Shown here: piece after piece, positions 62,190-64,000 of the stretch | Layout: the number at the start of each line of letters is the position of its first letter | Numbering within the stretch: position 1 is the first letter of the stretch | Assembly (NCBI GenBank): GCA_002269645.1 | Contig: NIVC01000093.1 | Span: 558,001 to 622,000, forward strand | Source of the DNA: Macrostomum lignano | Taxonomy: Eukaryota | Length of the DNA: 64,000 nucleotides | Direction of reading: 5' to 3' | Program-made: the position numbers and the translations under genes | The notes under the pieces: generated by a model | Seen by the model: the letters and a program-made list of their open reading frames with translations, nothing else | Databases searched by the model: none | What the model was told of the DNA's origin: nothing

Positions 62190-63050
62190 TAGAGGTGGGA
62201 GGAGGAGAGGAGAGATGGGAGGGCGAGAGGAGAGATGGGAGGAGGAGAGGAGAGATGGGAGGAGGAGAGGAGAGATGGGAGGAGGAGAGGAGAGATGGGA
62301 GGAGGAGAGGAGAGATGGGAGGAGGAGAGGAGAGATGGGAGGAGGAGAGGAGAGATGGGAGGAGGAGAGGAGAGATGGGAGGAGGAGAGGAGAGATGGAA
62401 GGAGGAGAGGAGAGATGGGAGGAGGAGAGGAGAGATGGGAGGAGGAGAGGAGAGATGGAAGGAAGAGAGGAGAGATGGGAGGAGGAGAGGAGAGGTGGGA
62501 GAAGGAGAGAAAAGATGGGAGGGCGAGAGGAGAGATGGGAGGAGGAGAGGAGAGATGGGAGGAGGAGAGGAGAGATGGGAGGAGGAGAGGAGAGGTGGGA
62601 GAAGGAGAGAAAAGATGGGAGGGCGAGAGGAGAGATGGGAGGAAGAGAGGAGAGATGGAAGGAGGAGAGGATAGATGGGAGGAGGAGAGGAGAGATGGGA
62701 GGAGGAGAGGAGAGATGGGAGGAGGAGAGGAGAGATGGGAGGAGGAGAGGAGAGATGGGAGGAGGAGAGGAGAGATGGAAGGAAGAGAGGAGAGATGGGA
62801 GGAAGAGAGGAGAGATGGGAGGAAGAGAGGAGAGATGGGAGGAGGAGAGGAGAGATGGGAGGAGGAGAGGAGAGATGGAAGGAAGAGAGGAGAGATGGGA
62901 GGAAGAGAGGAGAGATGGGAGGAGGAGAGGAGAGATGGGAGGAGGAGAGGAGAGATGGGAGGGGATGGGAGGGGGAGATAGAAGGGGAGAAGAGAGTTAG
63001 GAGGGGGAGATAGAAGGGGAGAAGAGAGTTAGGAGGGAGATAGGAAGAAG
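62190..63050. repeat. 20-bp purine minisatellite (GGAGGAGGAGAGGAGAGATG)
   Basis: Intronic tandem array. Confidence 0.95.
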
Positions 63051-63176
63051 ATATAAGATAGCAGTGTTGTTCAGCTTAGGAACACTGTCGCTTTACGTAG
63101 GTGAGGTGAGATGAGAAGAAAAAGGGAGACGAATGAGATATGATGAGACATAAATGTAATGAGACGAGAGACTCAC

Positions 63177-63293
63177 ATTGTTGTCCTCAAAACGACTTCT
63201 CTCTTGGCCAGAATTAGACTTTGCTTGGTAACCGAAGGACAGATAGACAGTCGGATGAACCGCTAACAGCTCGCGGCTTCGCGCCAGTTCAGG
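63177..63293 (-). CDS. GNPTAB: GNPTAB exon linking CR1 to CR2 (upstream exons lie outside the window)
   Basis: PELARSRELLA...SGQERSRFEDNN; AG acceptor and GTGAGT donor, phase 0. Confidence 0.85.
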
Positions 63294-63364
63294 CTGGAAT
63301 CAAATCAATGATGAATATGATGAATTATTCCTAATCCGAACCCCTGAATGCTGACTGCTAACCC

Positions 63365-64000
63365 CTCTAAATTCTATCCTACCCCTCCCGATTCTATCCT
63401 ACCATTTTCGATTCTATTCTATACCCCTCCGGATTCTATCCTACCCCTCCAGATACTATCCTACCCTTCCCGATTCTATCCTACCCCTTCTGATACTATC
63501 CTACCCTTCCCGATTCTATTCTTCTCCTCCAGATACTATCCTACCCTTCCCGATTCTATTCTTCTCCTCCAGATACTATCCTACCCTTCCCGATTCTATT
63601 CTTCTCCTCCAGATACCATCCTACCCTTCCCGATTCTATTCTTCTCCTCCAGATACTATCCTACCCTTCCCGATTCTATTCTTCTCCTCCAGATACTATC
63701 CTACCCTTCCCGATTCTATTCTTCTCCTCCAGATACTATCCTACCCTTCCCGATTCTATCCTACCCCTCCAGATACTATCCTACCCTTCCCGATTCTATC
63801 CTACCCCTCCAGATACTATCCTACCCTTCCCGATTCTATTCTTCTCCTCCAGATACTATCCTACCCTTCCCGATTCTATCCTACCCCTCCCGATTCTATC
63901 CTACCCTTCCCGATTCTATCCTACCCCTCCCAATTCTATCCTACCCCTTTCGATTCTATTATATACCCCTCTGGATTCTATCCTACCCCTTCAGATACTA
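63365..64000. repeat. 21-bp (42-bp dimeric) intronic minisatellite (CTATCCTACCCTTCCCGATTC)
   Basis: Direct observation. Confidence 0.92.

Noticed and set aside
62158-63013. Glu/Arg/Gly-rich ORFs on +
   Set aside because: A 20-bp purine minisatellite in a GNPTAB intron.

Overview
This is eukaryotic (metazoan) genomic DNA, not prokaryotic: it has GT-AG introns and no CRISPR. Ala-rich proteins, few introns and minisatellite-filled spacers are consistent with a free-living flatworm such as Macrostomum (inference). Layout: (1) 1-12.3 kb holds nested non-autonomous DNA elements: two Helentron/HINE-like units carrying hAT-like MITEs, a MULE-like MITE and a 786-bp TIR element. (2) 12.9-34.6 kb is a co-oriented + strand cluster: DNA polymerase lambda, an SLX9/FAM207A-like ORF, LYAR, an orphan coiled-coil ORF, AP5S1 and the PP2A scaffold A subunit. 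Almost every intron and spacer carries its own minisatellite. (3) 39.4-63.3 kb and beyond is a minus-strand GNPTAB (Stealth + LNR) gene, with 13 phase-consistent exons reconstructed (the last is tentative). Its probable ~14-kb last intron is a 15-bp minisatellite array with two insertions. One is a 4-kb single-ORF APE-endonuclease/RT retroelement with unusual ends. The other, the most striking object, is an 8,656-bp apparently non-coding foldback element with ~4.2-kb near-perfect inverted arms, ACTACT...AGTAGT termini, a 6-bp target-site duplication, iterated motifs and a central hairpin. A Penelope-like GIY-YIG fragment with a minimal hammerhead ribozyme and a CORE-type SINE are also present. 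Most long ORFs in the supplied track are translations of tandem repeats.
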